DNA of 64,000 bases from Escherichia coli (lineage in GTDB: Bacteria; Pseudomonadota; Gammaproteobacteria; Enterobacterales; Enterobacteriaceae). Each line of letters starts with the position of its first letter. Position 1 is the stretch's first letter. Position numbers and translations under genes: made by a program. The stretch lies in assembly GCF_016903815.1 (NCBI RefSeq), contig NZ_CP069973.1; one strand, 5' to 3'. This document shows positions 1-10,465 of this stretch, one piece after another. The notes under the pieces are model-generated. The model was not told where the DNA came from, searched no databases, and was given only the letters and a program-made list of their open reading frames with translations.

Positions 1-641
1 GCACTCGCACCTTTTCGCTGGGCCTGGCGGGGAGCTTTGCCGGACGTATTGGCAGTGGTATGTTGCCCTTTATGACGCCGGTTTTCCTGCAAATTGGCCT
101 TGGCTTCTCACCGTTTCATGCCGGACTGATGATGATCCCGATGGTGCTTGGCAGCATGGGGATGAAGCGGATTGTTGTACAGGTGGTGAATCGCTTTGGT
201 TATCGTCGGGTACTGATAGCGACCACGCTGGGTCTGTCGCTGGTCACCCTGTTGTTTATGACTACCGCTCTGTTGGGCTGGTACTACGTTTTGCCGTTCG
301 TCCTGTTTTTACAAGGGATGGTCAACTCGACCCGTTTCTCCTCCATGAACACCCTGACGCTGAAAGATCTCCCGGACAATCTGGCGAGCAGCGGCAATAG
401 TCTGCTGTCGATGATTATGCAATTGTCGATGAGTATCGGCGTCACCATCGCCGGGCTGTTGCTGGGACTTTTTGGTTCGCAGCATGTCAGCGTCGACAGC
501 GGCACCACACAAACCGTCTTTATGTACACCTGGCTTAGCATGGCGTTTATCATCGCCCTTCCGGCGTTCATCTTTGCCAGAGTGCCGAACGATACGCATC
601 AAAATGTAGCTATTTCGCGGCGAAAAAGGAGCGCGCAATGA
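1..641 (+). CDS. mdtD: MFS efflux transporter MdtD, C-terminal part (5' end upstream of window)
   Basis: Reading frame is open to the window start. Hydrophobic multi-TM sequence ending ...[20 protein letters not shown]. Stop overlaps the baeS start (ATGA at 638-641). mdtD-baeS-baeR synteny as in E. coli K-12. Confidence 0.9.
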   Translation, partial: TRTFSLGLAGSFAGRIGSGMLPFMTPVFLQIGLGFSPFHAGLMMIPMVLGSMGMKRIVVQVVNRFGYRRVLIATTLGLSLVTLLFMTTALLGWYYVLPFVLFLQGMVNSTRFSSMNTLTLKDLPDNLASSGNSLLSMIMQLSMSIGVTIAGLLLGLFGSQHVSVDSGTTQTVFMYTWLSMAFIIALPAFIFARVPNDTHQNVAISRRKRSAQ

Positions 642-2041
642 AGTTCTGGCGACCCGGTATTACCGGCAAACTGTTTCTGGCGATTTTCGCCACCTGCATT
701 GTCTTGCTGATCAGTATGCACTGGGCGGTGCGTATCAGTTTTGAGCGTGGCTTTATTGATTACATCAAGCATGGTAATGAACAGCGATTACAACTGTTAA
801 GTGATGCGCTTGGCGAGCAGTATGCGCAGCATGGCAACTGGCGCTTCCTGCGCAACAATGATCGCTTTGTCTTTCAGATCTTGCGTTCATTTGAACACGA
901 TAATTCGGAAGATAAACCCGGCCCGGGTATGCCGCCGCACGGCTGGCGTACCCAGTTCTGGGTGGTCGATCAAAACAACAAAGTGCTGGTTGGTCCGCGA
1001 GCGCCGATTCCACCTGACGGTACACGGCGACCCATTCTGGTCAACGGTGCGGAAGTGGGTGCGGTGATTGCCTCCCCTGTTGAGCGACTGACCCGCAATA
1101 CTGATATCAATTTCGATAAACAACAGCGGCAAACCAGCTGGCTGATTGTTGCTCTGGCAACGTTACTCGCGGCACTCGCTACCTTTCTGCTGGCGCGTGG
1201 TTTGCTGGCACCGGTAAAACGGCTGGTGGACGGCACGCACAAACTGGCGGCGGGCGATTTCACTACCCGCGTAACGCCCACCAGTGAAGATGAACTGGGC
1301 AAACTGGCGCAAGACTTCAACCAGCTTGCCAGCACGCTGGAGAAAAACCAGCAAATGCGGCGCGATTTTATGGCCGATATTTCTCACGAACTGCGTACGC
1401 CATTAGCGGTGCTGCGCGGTGAACTGGAAGCCATTCAGGATGGCGTGCGTAAATTCACGCCGGAGACGGTGGCGTCTTTACAGGCGGAGGTCGGTACACT
1501 GACCAAACTGGTTGACGATCTCCATCAGTTGTCGATGTCTGATGAAGGCGCTCTCGCCTATCAAAAAGCACCGGTAGATTTGATCCCACTGCTGGAAGTG
1601 GCGGGCGGCGCATTTCGCGAACGATTCGCCAGCCGTGGCCTGAAACTGCAATTTTCCCTGCCAGACAGTATTACCGTATTTGGCGATCGCGACCGTTTAA
1701 TGCAGTTATTCAATAACTTACTGGAAAACAGCCTGCGCTACACTGACAGCGGCGGTAGCCTGAAAATCTCTGCCGGGCAGCACGACAAAACGGTGCGACT
1801 GACCTTTGCCGACAGCGCGCCGGGCGTCAGTGACGATCAGCTACAAAAATTGTTTGAACGTTTTTATCGCACCGAAGGTTCCCGCAACCGAGCCAGCGGC
1901 GGTTCCGGGCTGGGGCTGGCGATTTGCCTGAACATTGTTGAAGCACATAATGGTCGCATTATTGCTGCCCATTCGCCTTTTGGCGGGGTAAGCATTACAG
2001 TAGAGTTACCGCTGGAACGGGATTTACAGAGAGAAGTATGA
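638..2041 (+). CDS. baeS: Envelope-stress sensor histidine kinase BaeS
   Basis: 467 aa. N-terminal TM segments, H-box '[13 protein letters not shown]', and C-terminal HATPase boxes ('[10 protein letters not shown]', 'GGSGLGLAI'). Coupled to baeR. Confidence 0.95.
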
Positions 2042-2760
2042 CCGAGTTACCAATCGACGAAAACACACCGCGTATTTTGATCGTGGAAGATGAACCGAAG
2101 CTGGGACAGTTGCTCATTGATTATCTGCGTGCTGCGAGCTATGCGCCGACGCTTATCAGCCACGGCGATCAGGTACTGCCGTATGTGCGCCAGACACCAC
2201 CGGATCTGATCCTGTTGGATCTGATGCTCCCTGGCACCGATGGCTTGACGCTGTGCCGGGAAATTCGTCGTTTTTCTGACATTCCTATCGTGATGGTGAC
2301 GGCAAAAATAGAAGAGATCGACCGCCTGCTCGGACTGGAGATTGGCGCAGATGATTATATCTGTAAGCCGTACAGCCCACGGGAAGTGGTAGCGCGCGTC
2401 AAAACCATTTTGCGCCGTTGCAAACCGCAGCGTGAGTTGCAGCAACAGGATGCTGAAAGCCCGTTGATTATCGACGAAGGTCGTTTTCAGGCTTCATGGC
2501 GCGGTAAAATGCTTGACCTGACGCCTGCGGAATTTCGTCTGCTGAAAACGCTCTCTCATGAACCAGGAAAAGTGTTCTCCCGCGAGCAATTGCTCAATCA
2601 TCTTTATGACGACTACCGCGTAGTAACCGACCGCACCATCGACAGCCACATTAAAAACCTGCGCCGCAAGCTGGAATCTCTCGACGCCGAACAGTCCTTT
2701 ATCCGTGCCGTTTACGGCGTCGGTTACCGCTGGGAAGCCGACGCCTGCCGCATCGTTTAA
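2038..2760 (+). CDS. baeR: OmpR-family response regulator BaeR
   Basis: 240 aa. Receiver domain ('[10 protein letters not shown]', '[11 protein letters not shown]') plus winged-helix C-terminus ('GVGYRW'). Start overlaps the baeS stop. Confidence 0.95.
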
Positions 2761-2770
2761 CATTTTTACC

Positions 2771-2806
2771 TGCCGGAGAAGGCATTCACGCCGCATCCGG
2801 CAACAT
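2771..2806. repeat. REP-like palindromic unit downstream of baeR
   Basis: The reverse complement reads GCCGGATGCGGCGTGAATGCC, the typical E. coli REP core. Confidence 0.4.
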
Positions 2807-2939
2807 AATCCCACGCATGGTCAGCAAACTGACATTATCTCTCCGCCCTGGCAGGCACCAGAAAATCGCTCATACTTTAATCGGTAAACAGTCCTTTTAG
2901 ATGCTGTTTTCGATACGCAATTTCAATCAAGGAGTCATT

Positions 2940-3272
2940 ATGGCTGGTTGGTTTGAACTCAGTAAAAGCAGTGATAATCAATTTCGGTTTGTGCTAAAAG
3001 CGGGCAATGGTGAGACTATCCTTACCAGCGAGCTGTATACCTCAAAAGCCTCTGCGGAAAAGGGCATCGCGTCGGTGCGTAGCAACAGCCCGCAAGAAGA
3101 ACGCTATGAGAAAAAAACGGCAAGCAACGGCAAATTCTATTTCAATCTGAAAGCCGCTAATCATCAAATTATCGGCTCCAGCCAGATGTACGCCACCGCG
3201 CAATCTCGTGAAACCGGAATTGCCTCCGTTAAAGCCAATGGCACAAGCCAGACGGTGAAAGACAATACGTAA
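2940..3272 (+). CDS. yegP: YegP (UPF0339/DUF1508 tandem-repeat protein)
   Basis: ATG at 2940 is preceded by AAGGAG. The 110-aa product 'MAGWFELSKSSDNQFRFVLKAGNGE...' has an internal repeat ('FRFVLKAGNGE' / 'FYFNLKAANHQ'). The track ORF starts 13 codons earlier, which is probably too far upstream. Confidence 0.88.
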   Translation: MAGWFELSKSSDNQFRFVLKAGNGETILTSELYTSKASAEKGIASVRSNSPQEERYEKKTASNGKFYFNLKAANHQIIGSSQMYATAQSRETGIASVKANGTSQTVKDNT

Positions 3273-3419
3273 TTACGATGCCGGGCGTGGGTTGTTGGCG
3301 TCCGGCGCTTTACCAGCTCCCCCCTACAGCGCTACAATGCCCGCCCTTAAAGTGGGGGCACTCCCCTGGCCGCTTCATCAGGTGAAGCGGATCTGACCTG
3401 TCATCAGAACGAGAGAATT

Positions 3420-4781
3420 ATGTTTAAACCGGAACTCCTTTCCCCGGCGGGAACGCTGAAAAATATGCGTTACGCTTTCGCTTATGGCGCAGATGCTGTT
3501 TATGCGGGCCAGCCGCGTTACTCCCTGCGTGTGCGCAACAACGAATTTAACCACGAAAATCTTCAGCTCGGCATCAATGAAGCCCACGCGCTGGGGAAAA
3601 AGTTTTATGTCGTGGTCAACATTGCACCGCACAACGCCAAGCTGAAAACCTTTATCCGTGACCTGAAACCGGTGGTGGAAATGGGGCCGGATGCGCTGAT
3701 TATGTCTGATCCAGGGCTGATTATGCTGGTGCGCGAGCACTTCCCTGAAATGCCGATCCATCTCTCAGTACAGGCTAACGCCGTGAACTGGGCGACGGTG
3801 AAATTCTGGCAGCAAATGGGTCTGACCCGCGTGATCCTCTCTCGCGAACTGTCACTGGAAGAGATTGAAGAGATCCGCAATCAGGTGCCAGATATGGAGA
3901 TCGAAATCTTCGTTCACGGCGCGCTGTGCATGGCCTACTCCGGTCGCTGCCTGCTCTCTGGCTATATCAACAAGCGCGACCCGAACCAGGGCACCTGCAC
4001 CAACGCCTGCCGCTGGGAGTATAACGTCCAGGAAGGGAAAGAAGATGACGTCGGCAACATCGTACACAAGTACGAACCGATTCCGGTGCAAAACGTTGAA
4101 CCGACGCTGGGGATCGGCGCACCAACCGACAAAGTGTTTATGATCGAAGAAGCCCAGCGTCCGGGCGAGTATATGACCGCGTTTGAAGATGAGCACGGCA
4201 CTTACATCATGAACTCGAAAGATCTGCGCGCCATCGCCCATGTTGAACGCCTGACCAAAATGGGCGTGCATTCGCTGAAAATCGAAGGCCGTACCAAATC
4301 TTTCTACTATTGCGCACGCACCGCGCAGGTTTACCGTAAAGCTATCGATGACGCAGCTGCGGGAAAACCATTCGATACCAGCCTGCTGGAAACCCTGGAA
4401 GGTCTGGCGCATCGTGGCTATACCGAAGGTTTCCTGCGTCGTCATACTCACGACGATTATCAGAACTACGAATACGGTTATTCAGTTTCTGACCGCCAGC
4501 AGTTTGTTGGTGAGTTTACCAGTGAGCGCAAGGGCGACCTCGCGGCGGTAGCGGTGAAAAATAAATTCTCCGTTGGCGACAGCCTTGAGCTGATGACGCC
4601 GCAAGGGAACATTAACTTTACCCTTGAGCACATGGAAAACGCCAAAGGCGAAGCAATGCCGGTCGCACCGGGCGATGGTTATACTGTGTGGATCCCGGTG
4701 CCGCAGGATCTTGAGCTAAATTACGCGCTGCTGATGCGTAATTTCTCCGGGGAAACCACGCGTAACCCCCACGGTAAGTGA
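3420..4781 (+). CDS. yegQ: U32-family peptidase-like protein YegQ (TrhP)
   Basis: 453 aa. N-terminus 'MFKPELLSPAGTLKNMRYAFAYGADAVYAG' is typical of the U32 family. Synteny with yegP. Confidence 0.93.
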   Translation: MFKPELLSPAGTLKNMRYAFAYGADAVYAGQPRYSLRVRNNEFNHENLQLGINEAHALGKKFYVVVNIAPHNAKLKTFIRDLKPVVEMGPDALIMSDPGLIMLVREHFPEMPIHLSVQANAVNWATVKFWQQMGLTRVILSRELSLEEIEEIRNQVPDMEIEIFVHGALCMAYSGRCLLSGYINKRDPNQGTCTNACRWEYNVQEGKEDDVGNIVHKYEPIPVQNVEPTLGIGAPTDKVFMIEEAQRPGEYMTAFEDEHGTYIMNSKDLRAIAHVERLTKMGVHSLKIEGRTKSFYYCARTAQVYRKAIDDAAAGKPFDTSLLETLEGLAHRGYTEGFLRRHTHDDYQNYEYGYSVSDRQQFVGEFTSERKGDLAAVAVKNKFSVGDSLELMTPQGNINFTLEHMENAKGEAMPVAPGDGYTVWIPVPQDLELNYALLMRNFSGETTRNPHGK

Positions 4782-4865
4782 TTAATTTCGATTATTTTTC
4801 CCGGATGGAAAATTCTTAGAAACCGATCACATACAGCTGCATTTATTAAGGTTATCATCTGTTTC

Positions 4866-4952
4866 GCTGAAAAACATAACCCATAAAATGCTAGCTGTAC
4901 CAGGAACCACCTCCTTAGCCTGTGTAATCTCCCTTACACGGGCTTATTTTTT
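4866..4952 (+). ncRNA. cyaR: Hfq-dependent sRNA CyaR (RyeE)
   Basis: The 87-nt GCTGAAAAACATAACCCATAAAATGCTAGCTGTACCAGGAACCACCTCCTTAGCCTGTGTAATCTCCCTTACACGGGCTTATTTTTT matches CyaR as I recall it. It ends in a hairpin (CCCTTACACGGG) plus a T6 intrinsic terminator. Its last 27 nt are the prophage att core. Confidence 0.9.
4926..4952. repeat. att core copy, ogr-proximal (attR in P2 convention)
   Basis: AATCTCCCTTACACGGGCTTATTTTTT is identical to 38117-38143. Confidence 0.92.
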
Positions 4953-4992
4953 ACGCGTAACACAATGAAATAAAAGGATTTATTTCTGGTCA

Positions 4993-5011
4993 CGTCCACA
5001 CATTGACCACA
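4993..5011. promoter_or_regulatory. Candidate Int arm-type sites (CGTCCACA / TGACCACA, 11-bp spacing)
   Basis: Two related 8-mers are spaced one helical turn apart in the att arm. The same (T/C)G(T/A)CCACA pattern and spacing occur at 38010-38028 in the other arm. Confidence 0.35.
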
Positions 5012-5015
5012 TCGA

Positions 5016-5040
5016 CAAAAAAGCCCCTCGACTGAGGGGC
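5016..5040 (-). terminator. Intrinsic terminator downstream of ogr
   Basis: On the minus strand: GCCCCTCAGTCGAGGGGC hairpin followed by TTTTTT. Confidence 0.75.
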
Positions 5041-5053
5041 TTCCTGTTTGTAA

Positions 5054-5272
5054 TTACATCCACATAATTTGCTGCCCTGACGGCAACGGGTGCGGTCTTA
5101 CGGCGTGGACTTCTCCCGGCTTCACGATGTATCGCTGTACCGACTCATAAGTGATGAATGTGGCGCTGCAATTCACGTTCTGACACTGGTGATAACGCTC
5201 TTTTGTCGTGTCAGTGATATAGCGGCTTGTACGCGCATGTGCGGCATGCTGGCATAAAGGACAATGAAACAT
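5054..5272 (-). CDS. ogr: Late-gene transcription activator Ogr (zinc finger)
   Basis: 72 aa from 'MFHCPLCQHAAHARTSRYITDTTKERYHQCQNVNC...' with the CxxC...CxxxxC motif. Matches P2 Ogr/OgrK. The track ORF carries an unlikely N-terminal extension. Confidence 0.92.
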   Translation of the reverse strand: MFHCPLCQHAAHARTSRYITDTTKERYHQCQNVNCSATFITYESVQRYIVKPGEVHAVRPHPLPSGQQIMWM

Positions 5273-5353
5273 CGCGAGCACCTCTTCCGGTTTTGTTGAT
5301 GGTGCCATTTTAGTTAATTTATCCTTATAAAACAAACAGATAAATAAATTACA

Positions 5354-6517
5354 TCACTCATCATCTTCTGTTTCGTACTCCACATCAGAAAGCCTGACCT
5401 CAAGCTCTAAGGACGTCGTGAAGCCGCTATTATTCAGAAAATGTGTCACCTTAGTGATTGTCCAGTCCTGCTCGTCTATGACGCGCTTAAAGCCTGATAC
5501 TTTAACCGGTGTTTCCGTGTAAATATCAGCACGACCGGTAGCCAGGCTGATGGAGAACTCCGCAACGCCCCGTTGCAGTTTATCCCACTTCGCCTGAGCG
5601 GCACGCATGGCCTGTGCTTTCGTGGCATATACCGTGGTCAGGGCAAAAACGTTGTCAGCCTCACCGGCCATGTATTCACCTTCGCGCGCTTCCGGTACTT
5701 TTGGCGCTTTCTTCTGCCTGACCGGTTTTGCTTTCGGGTGCTCCAGTGCGCGCAGGTGTTTTTCTTTCTTTTTGCGTTTCAGTTTTACCTTCTGCTTTTG
5801 CGGCTTCGGGTCTTTGGTGTGTAACCACTTTGCCGTTACGCCGGTATAGGCTCCACGGTCAGCAATCGCAAAATGATGGCGGTCGCCGTCGCTGCGGGTG
5901 ATGGTAATCTGCGGGATTTTTTTACCGCTGGCCGTCACCCCCTGCCCCGCTTTGAGAAACAGCAGTTTTCCCATTTTTACCGACACCTCACCGCCGTTGC
6001 GTTCTGCAAGACGGGTCAGGAATTTCGCATCAGACTCCTGCGACTGGTCGATGTGCGGGATTTTAATTCCGGCCAGTGACGGAGCGACACTGGCTTCCAG
6101 CCTGTTACGGGAGGCTATCGCCTCAACAATCGCACCGAGCGTGGTGTCATGCCAGGAGCCTTCCCGGCGGGAATTGAGCGTCCCGCGGAAATCTGCACTC
6201 CGGGCGCGGATGGTGACCACATCCGGCGCGCCCCGGTGTTCAACCTCATCAACGGTGAATTTCCCTTTGCATACCAGGGCAAAACCTTTCCAGCCGATAT
6301 ACACCGTCAGGACAGCGCCACGAACCGGCAGCCCGACCTGCCCGTCGGCATCGTTCAGTTCAATATCAAGCTGGTCAGCTTCAAAGCCCCGGTTATCCGT
6401 CAGAGTCATGCTCATCAGACGGTCGCTGATATTGCCGGTAATATCCCTGCTGTCGAGCATCAGCATGTAATCCGGCGTCAGCGTACTGCCTGCATCAAAT
6501 GTCAGCGCATCCAGCAT
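5354..6517 (-). CDS. D: Tail protein D (late control/tail assembly)
   Basis: 387 aa, 'MLDALTFDAGSTLTPDYMLMLDSRDITGNISDRLMSMTLTDNRGFEADQL' as in P2 gpD. Lies in the P2 position. Confidence 0.92.
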   Translation of the reverse strand: MLDALTFDAGSTLTPDYMLMLDSRDITGNISDRLMSMTLTDNRGFEADQLDIELNDADGQVGLPVRGAVLTVYIGWKGFALVCKGKFTVDEVEHRGAPDVVTIRARSADFRGTLNSRREGSWHDTTLGAIVEAIASRNRLEASVAPSLAGIKIPHIDQSQESDAKFLTRLAERNGGEVSVKMGKLLFLKAGQGVTASGKKIPQITITRSDGDRHHFAIADRGAYTGVTAKWLHTKDPKPQKQKVKLKRKKKEKHLRALEHPKAKPVRQKKAPKVPEAREGEYMAGEADNVFALTTVYATKAQAMRAAQAKWDKLQRGVAEFSISLATGRADIYTETPVKVSGFKRVIDEQDWTITKVTHFLNNSGFTTSLELEVRLSDVEYETEDDE

Positions 6518-6996
6518 TATCCCGCCCCCATCATACCTGTGAATCTGGTCGCCAGACTGCCGGCCTTACCGATGAGCGACTCCGCCTGTTTACCGATATC
6601 GCCATAAAGCGCGGCCAGTGATTCATCAACGCGGGTGAGCGACAGCGTAAAATCAATTTTCCGGGGTGTGCCGTCTGCAAAGAAAATACTCCCTGTTTCA
6701 CTCACCTTGCTGATGACATACATACCGTAAATCATGCCGGTGCCATCCAGCAACGGCCACGCCCGGCCTTCCTCTGCCATCAGTCTGAGCGTGGTCATCG
6801 TCAGCTTGCCGCCGGTCAGTTCGGGATAAAGCACACCGGCAAGCGTGATGTTTTCCTCGCCCACACCGAGAAACTGAAAGGCATCCCGTTTACCGATACG
6901 GGAATTTGACGGCCAGCGATAATCTGATTCACGCTGCATGGTCTGGTGTGGCAGCGTCTGGCGCATAAAAACAAACATACCTAACGCGAGCATCAT
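6517..6996 (-). CDS. U: Tail protein U
   Basis: 159 aa. P2 gpU position, with a stop/start overlap onto D. Confidence 0.9.
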   Translation of the reverse strand: MMLALGMFVFMRQTLPHQTMQRESDYRWPSNSRIGKRDAFQFLGVGEENITLAGVLYPELTGGKLTMTTLRLMAEEGRAWPLLDGTGMIYGMYVISKVSETGSIFFADGTPRKIDFTLSLTRVDESLAALYGDIGKQAESLIGKAGSLATRFTGMMGAG

Positions 6997-7010
6997 TTTT
7001 CGTCACCTCC

Positions 7011-9458
7011 TTAACCGTCATGCATCATGCTGGCACGGGCGCGCGCACGTTTATCCCGCTCGTATTTTTCGAGCGCATCCTGTAACTGGCGGTCGAGCTG
7101 AGTCCCCGGCGCAGTACCGCCCGTCAGACTGATGTGATATTCGTTTTTACTCTGGTCCACATAAGAGCGGCCAGCCGGTGCCGTAACCGGCTGATAAGCC
7201 TGATAGCCTGCATAAGAGCTGGTCGCCGGAATATAACCACCGGTGCCATACGTGGCGGCATGAGTTCTGGCGGCGGTCTGGTCAAGCGTGCCTGACTCTT
7301 TGTTGATAACACCGAGTTTTTCCAGTACCCAGTCAATACCGCTGCGCAGTTTGTTGAACGCATTAAGCGGCAGCATCAACGCGTCAGCCAGTGCCTGCCC
7401 GAACATGACGCCCGTATCACGGCAACGGTTCAGGGTGTCCCGGGTGGCTTTGACCGGGGCAATCAGGTTTTTAAACCACTGCCACGCGGCCTGTAACTTT
7501 TCGCCCAGCCAGTCAAACACCGGCTTAAGTGGCGTGAACAGTTCCCCCACCGGCGCAAATGCCGCTTTCAGCCCTTCAACCACACCGCCAAAGAATGCGC
7601 TGACAGGCTCCCAGTATTTACGGATAAGTAACGCCCCGGCGACAATGGCGGCCACCACGGCCACAACCGGCCAGCTAATCGCCCCGATGGCCGTCATAAC
7701 AGCACTGCCAACCGTCGTGAAGATTGCTCCCATTGCGCCTGCTGCCGCGATGATGGCATTGATGCCGGTGATAACCGGCCAGGCTACGAGGCCAATGGCA
7801 CCGATGACACCAATCAGTGCCAGTGCACCACCGACAATGATGCCGATGGTTAACGCCAGTGATTTGTTTTTCTGTATCCAGCCGTCGAGTTTTAACACAT
7901 ACTTTGTGGCCGTCTGCGTGAGCTTACGCAGTGCGCCTTCCTGCTGGTCAAACAGGTCAGTCCCCACCGCCTCATAAGCGGACTGAAACTCCTTAAAGTC
8001 ACCGCCGAGGTTGTCCTGCATGATATTTACCAGCTCGGCGGTCTTCCCGTCTGAGGCTTTAAACGCAGCGGTCAGTTTGTCCAGCTTTCCAGTTGAGGCG
8101 GCAGTCATCAGCACGGCGGCGGCTGAGCTGGCCTCCTCCCCGAAAATAGTTTTCATGTATTCAGCCTGCTGGGCAGTACCGAGCCGGTTTTTCTCAAAAC
8201 TGGCCTGCATTTCTTTCAGAATGGTAAATACTGGTCGAGTATTCCCTTTACTGTCTGAGGTTTTCACGCCAAGCTCTTTCAGTGCATCCCATGCTTTTCC
8301 CGTCGGTGCCTGCAGGCGGCTTAACACGGCACGGCTTCCCGTCCCCGCCATTGAACCGGTAATTTTTGCATCATGCAGCGCCCCGACCATTGCGGCGGTT
8401 TCTTCAATGCTGACACCAGCATTTTTTGCCACAGGTGCGGCATAGGTCAGCGCATCGCTCATGCCATCAAAATCGGCGGCGGTTTTGTTCATCGTCATGG
8501 AGAGAACATCCCCGATATGAGCGACCTTATCGTTTGAAAGCTGAAAGGCGGATTTCATCCCCATCAGCAGGGCGGCGTTTTCTTCCATCGTGCGACGGTT
8601 CGCCAGCGCCATATTCAGCGTGACCGGCGTTGCCGCCTGAATGGCATCAACATCCCCACCGGCTTTCGCAATAATAATCTGCGCACCGGCTGCATCATCT
8701 GCCGAGGCTGCGGTATTGTTGCCGAGCTGGCGCGCCTGCTTGCGTAGTGCAGCCATTTCGGCGGAGTCTTTTGCCACACCGAGCACAGCCTGCAATTCTG
8801 AGTTTTTCTGCGCAAACTCATAACCGGGCATCAGCAACTTAACTCCGGCCATCGTTCCCGCAGCAGCAATCCCCACACCGGCAGCGCCCACCGAGGCCAT
8901 ATTTCCGGCCAGTTCCTTTCCGGCCTGATAACGCTGTTTTACTGCGTTAAGTTTTGCCTGTTGTGCACTGACACGCGCCAGCGCGTCACGCTGACGGTTA
9001 AGCTGTGCGGTGGTTTCACTGATACGGTTTTTCAGTCCCTGCTCATCATGTGCAAGATTGCGGGTATTAATTCCCACAGCGGCCAGTTCCCGCTGCTGGC
9101 GTTTAATGGAATCTGTCAGGCGGTTATATTTCGCCTGTAAGTCCTCCGCCGCACGCTTTGCGGATTCCAGCACTTTCGCCTGAGCACGGGTCGGACGTTC
9201 GGTATTTTTAAACTGTGTGGCAAGGGCTTCGGCCTCCTGCCGAGCCTTTTCAAGTGCATGACCAGTCACGGCGAGCTGTGCACTGGTCTTGCGGAATCCC
9301 TCAATACGGGATGCCTGACCGTTCAGCTCGCGCAGTGATTTTTGTGTTTCCCGGATATCCCCCGACAGCGATTTGCTCGCTGTGCGGATGGATTTAAACG
9401 GGCGGGATGCCTGGTCAACAGCCCTGAGCAATACCTGTAATTTTACATTGTTACTCAT
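7011..9458 (-). CDS. T: Tail tape-measure protein T
   Basis: 815 aa. Coiled-coil N-terminus, a central Gly/Ala-rich hydrophobic segment, and the P2 gpT position. Confidence 0.93.
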   Translation of the reverse strand: MSNNVKLQVLLRAVDQASRPFKSIRTASKSLSGDIRETQKSLRELNGQASRIEGFRKTSAQLAVTGHALEKARQEAEALATQFKNTERPTRAQAKVLESAKRAAEDLQAKYNRLTDSIKRQQRELAAVGINTRNLAHDEQGLKNRISETTAQLNRQRDALARVSAQQAKLNAVKQRYQAGKELAGNMASVGAAGVGIAAAGTMAGVKLLMPGYEFAQKNSELQAVLGVAKDSAEMAALRKQARQLGNNTAASADDAAGAQIIIAKAGGDVDAIQAATPVTLNMALANRRTMEENAALLMGMKSAFQLSNDKVAHIGDVLSMTMNKTAADFDGMSDALTYAAPVAKNAGVSIEETAAMVGALHDAKITGSMAGTGSRAVLSRLQAPTGKAWDALKELGVKTSDSKGNTRPVFTILKEMQASFEKNRLGTAQQAEYMKTIFGEEASSAAAVLMTAASTGKLDKLTAAFKASDGKTAELVNIMQDNLGGDFKEFQSAYEAVGTDLFDQQEGALRKLTQTATKYVLKLDGWIQKNKSLALTIGIIVGGALALIGVIGAIGLVAWPVITGINAIIAAAGAMGAIFTTVGSAVMTAIGAISWPVVAVVAAIVAGALLIRKYWEPVSAFFGGVVEGLKAAFAPVGELFTPLKPVFDWLGEKLQAAWQWFKNLIAPVKATRDTLNRCRDTGVMFGQALADALMLPLNAFNKLRSGIDWVLEKLGVINKESGTLDQTAARTHAATYGTGGYIPATSSYAGYQAYQPVTAPAGRSYVDQSKNEYHISLTGGTAPGTQLDRQLQDALEKYERDKRARARASMMHDG

Positions 9459-9878
9459 TCGTGTTTCCGCTTCGCCGGAGCGCCTTTTCGCGCCATGTGA
9501 TGAGTTCGGTCAGGCTCATGGGATACAGTTCTGATGGCGGCCAGTGAAATATCACTGCCACATCCGCCATCAGGTCATCGACCGACAGATTTTTTGGAAA
9601 CGTCACTGCACCGAGTTCGGCGACAAAAAACCGACCACCTTACCGGCCAGCGCCACAAGGTCAGGCAGTTCCAGCGCGGCGACTTCCTGCTCGGTCAGCA
9701 TCGGTGCCGTCATGCGCGGCAGCACCTTAATCAGTGCATCGACTTCAGAGTTCGCGACCGCTGCCAGACTGACACCGCGCAGCGTCCCGGCATTGGGTTT
9801 CATCAGCGTGACCTGTTCGATAACCTGCTCACCACGCTTGACCGGATTGTCCAGGGTAATCACATTTTCTTTGTTCAT
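9451..9878 (-). CDS. E+E': Tail assembly chaperone E+E' made by programmed -1 frameshift
   Basis: Slippery heptamer G TTT TTT G on the minus strand (9624-9631). I translated the -1 frame by hand: ...VAELGAVTFPKNLSVDDLMADVAVIFHWPPSELYPMSLTELITWREKALRRSGNTNE, with stop TAA at 9453-9451 overlapping the T start. This is the conserved P2 E/E+E' arrangement. Confidence 0.85.
9603..9878 (-). CDS. E: Tail assembly chaperone E
   Basis: 91 aa ending ...GKVVGFLSPNSVQ. Lies between FII and T. Confidence 0.9.
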   Translation of the reverse strand: MNKENVITLDNPVKRGEQVIEQVTLMKPNAGTLRGVSLAAVANSEVDALIKVLPRMTAPMLTEQEVAALELPDLVALAGKVVGFLSPNSVQ

Positions 9879-9934
9879 GGTTTTCTCACTTCTGAATCGG
9901 GGTTAACCGGTCAGCCAGGCTGACCGGATGAAAA

Positions 9935-10453
9935 TCACAGGCCGATATTGCGGCGGTGTTGCTCCAGCCGGTCGACGCCGTTCACCTTCTCAATCATGTT
10001 GATGGTGTCGATTTCGACCAGCTCCTTACCGTCCATCGTCAGCCGGAAATAGGTGCAGACCACGGAGATTTTCGACTCGGTATCTTCTCCCTGTTTGCCC
10101 TCGCCGGTGTCGATTTCTTTCTGACGTCCACGCATGACCACCTCGACGGCCACCGTTTCGCCGGTATCGTCGCGCTGGTAAGAGCCTGCAAAACGAATCG
10201 GTACGGAATCCACACCGGTTGCGGCGTAAAGCTCCCAGATAACCGAATCCGGGAAGCCACCGAGCGACCACTCCATTGACAGCGCATCGTCATCAAGGCC
10301 GAGGTCTACCGGTGCGCTGCCGTTCATCCCCGCACCGCGATAGTTTTCGAGCTTACGGGTCAGTTTTGGTAGCGTGACGGACTTCGCGACGCCCTGATAG
10401 CTGTAGCCGTTCAGAAAGACGTTCATTAACTTGAGTTTGCGCGGCATTGCCAT
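9935..10453 (-). CDS. FII: Tail tube protein FII
   Basis: 172 aa. P2 gpFII position and sequence. Confidence 0.92.
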   Translation of the reverse strand: MAMPRKLKLMNVFLNGYSYQGVAKSVTLPKLTRKLENYRGAGMNGSAPVDLGLDDDALSMEWSLGGFPDSVIWELYAATGVDSVPIRFAGSYQRDDTGETVAVEVVMRGRQKEIDTGEGKQGEDTESKISVVCTYFRLTMDGKELVEIDTINMIEKVNGVDRLEQHRRNIGL

Positions 10454-10465
10454 CGGTCAGGCTCC

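Noticed and set aside
3852-4451. 199-aa minus-strand ORF antisense to yegQ
   Set aside because: It lies entirely within the conserved yegQ coding region on the opposite strand, so it is a spurious shadow ORF.
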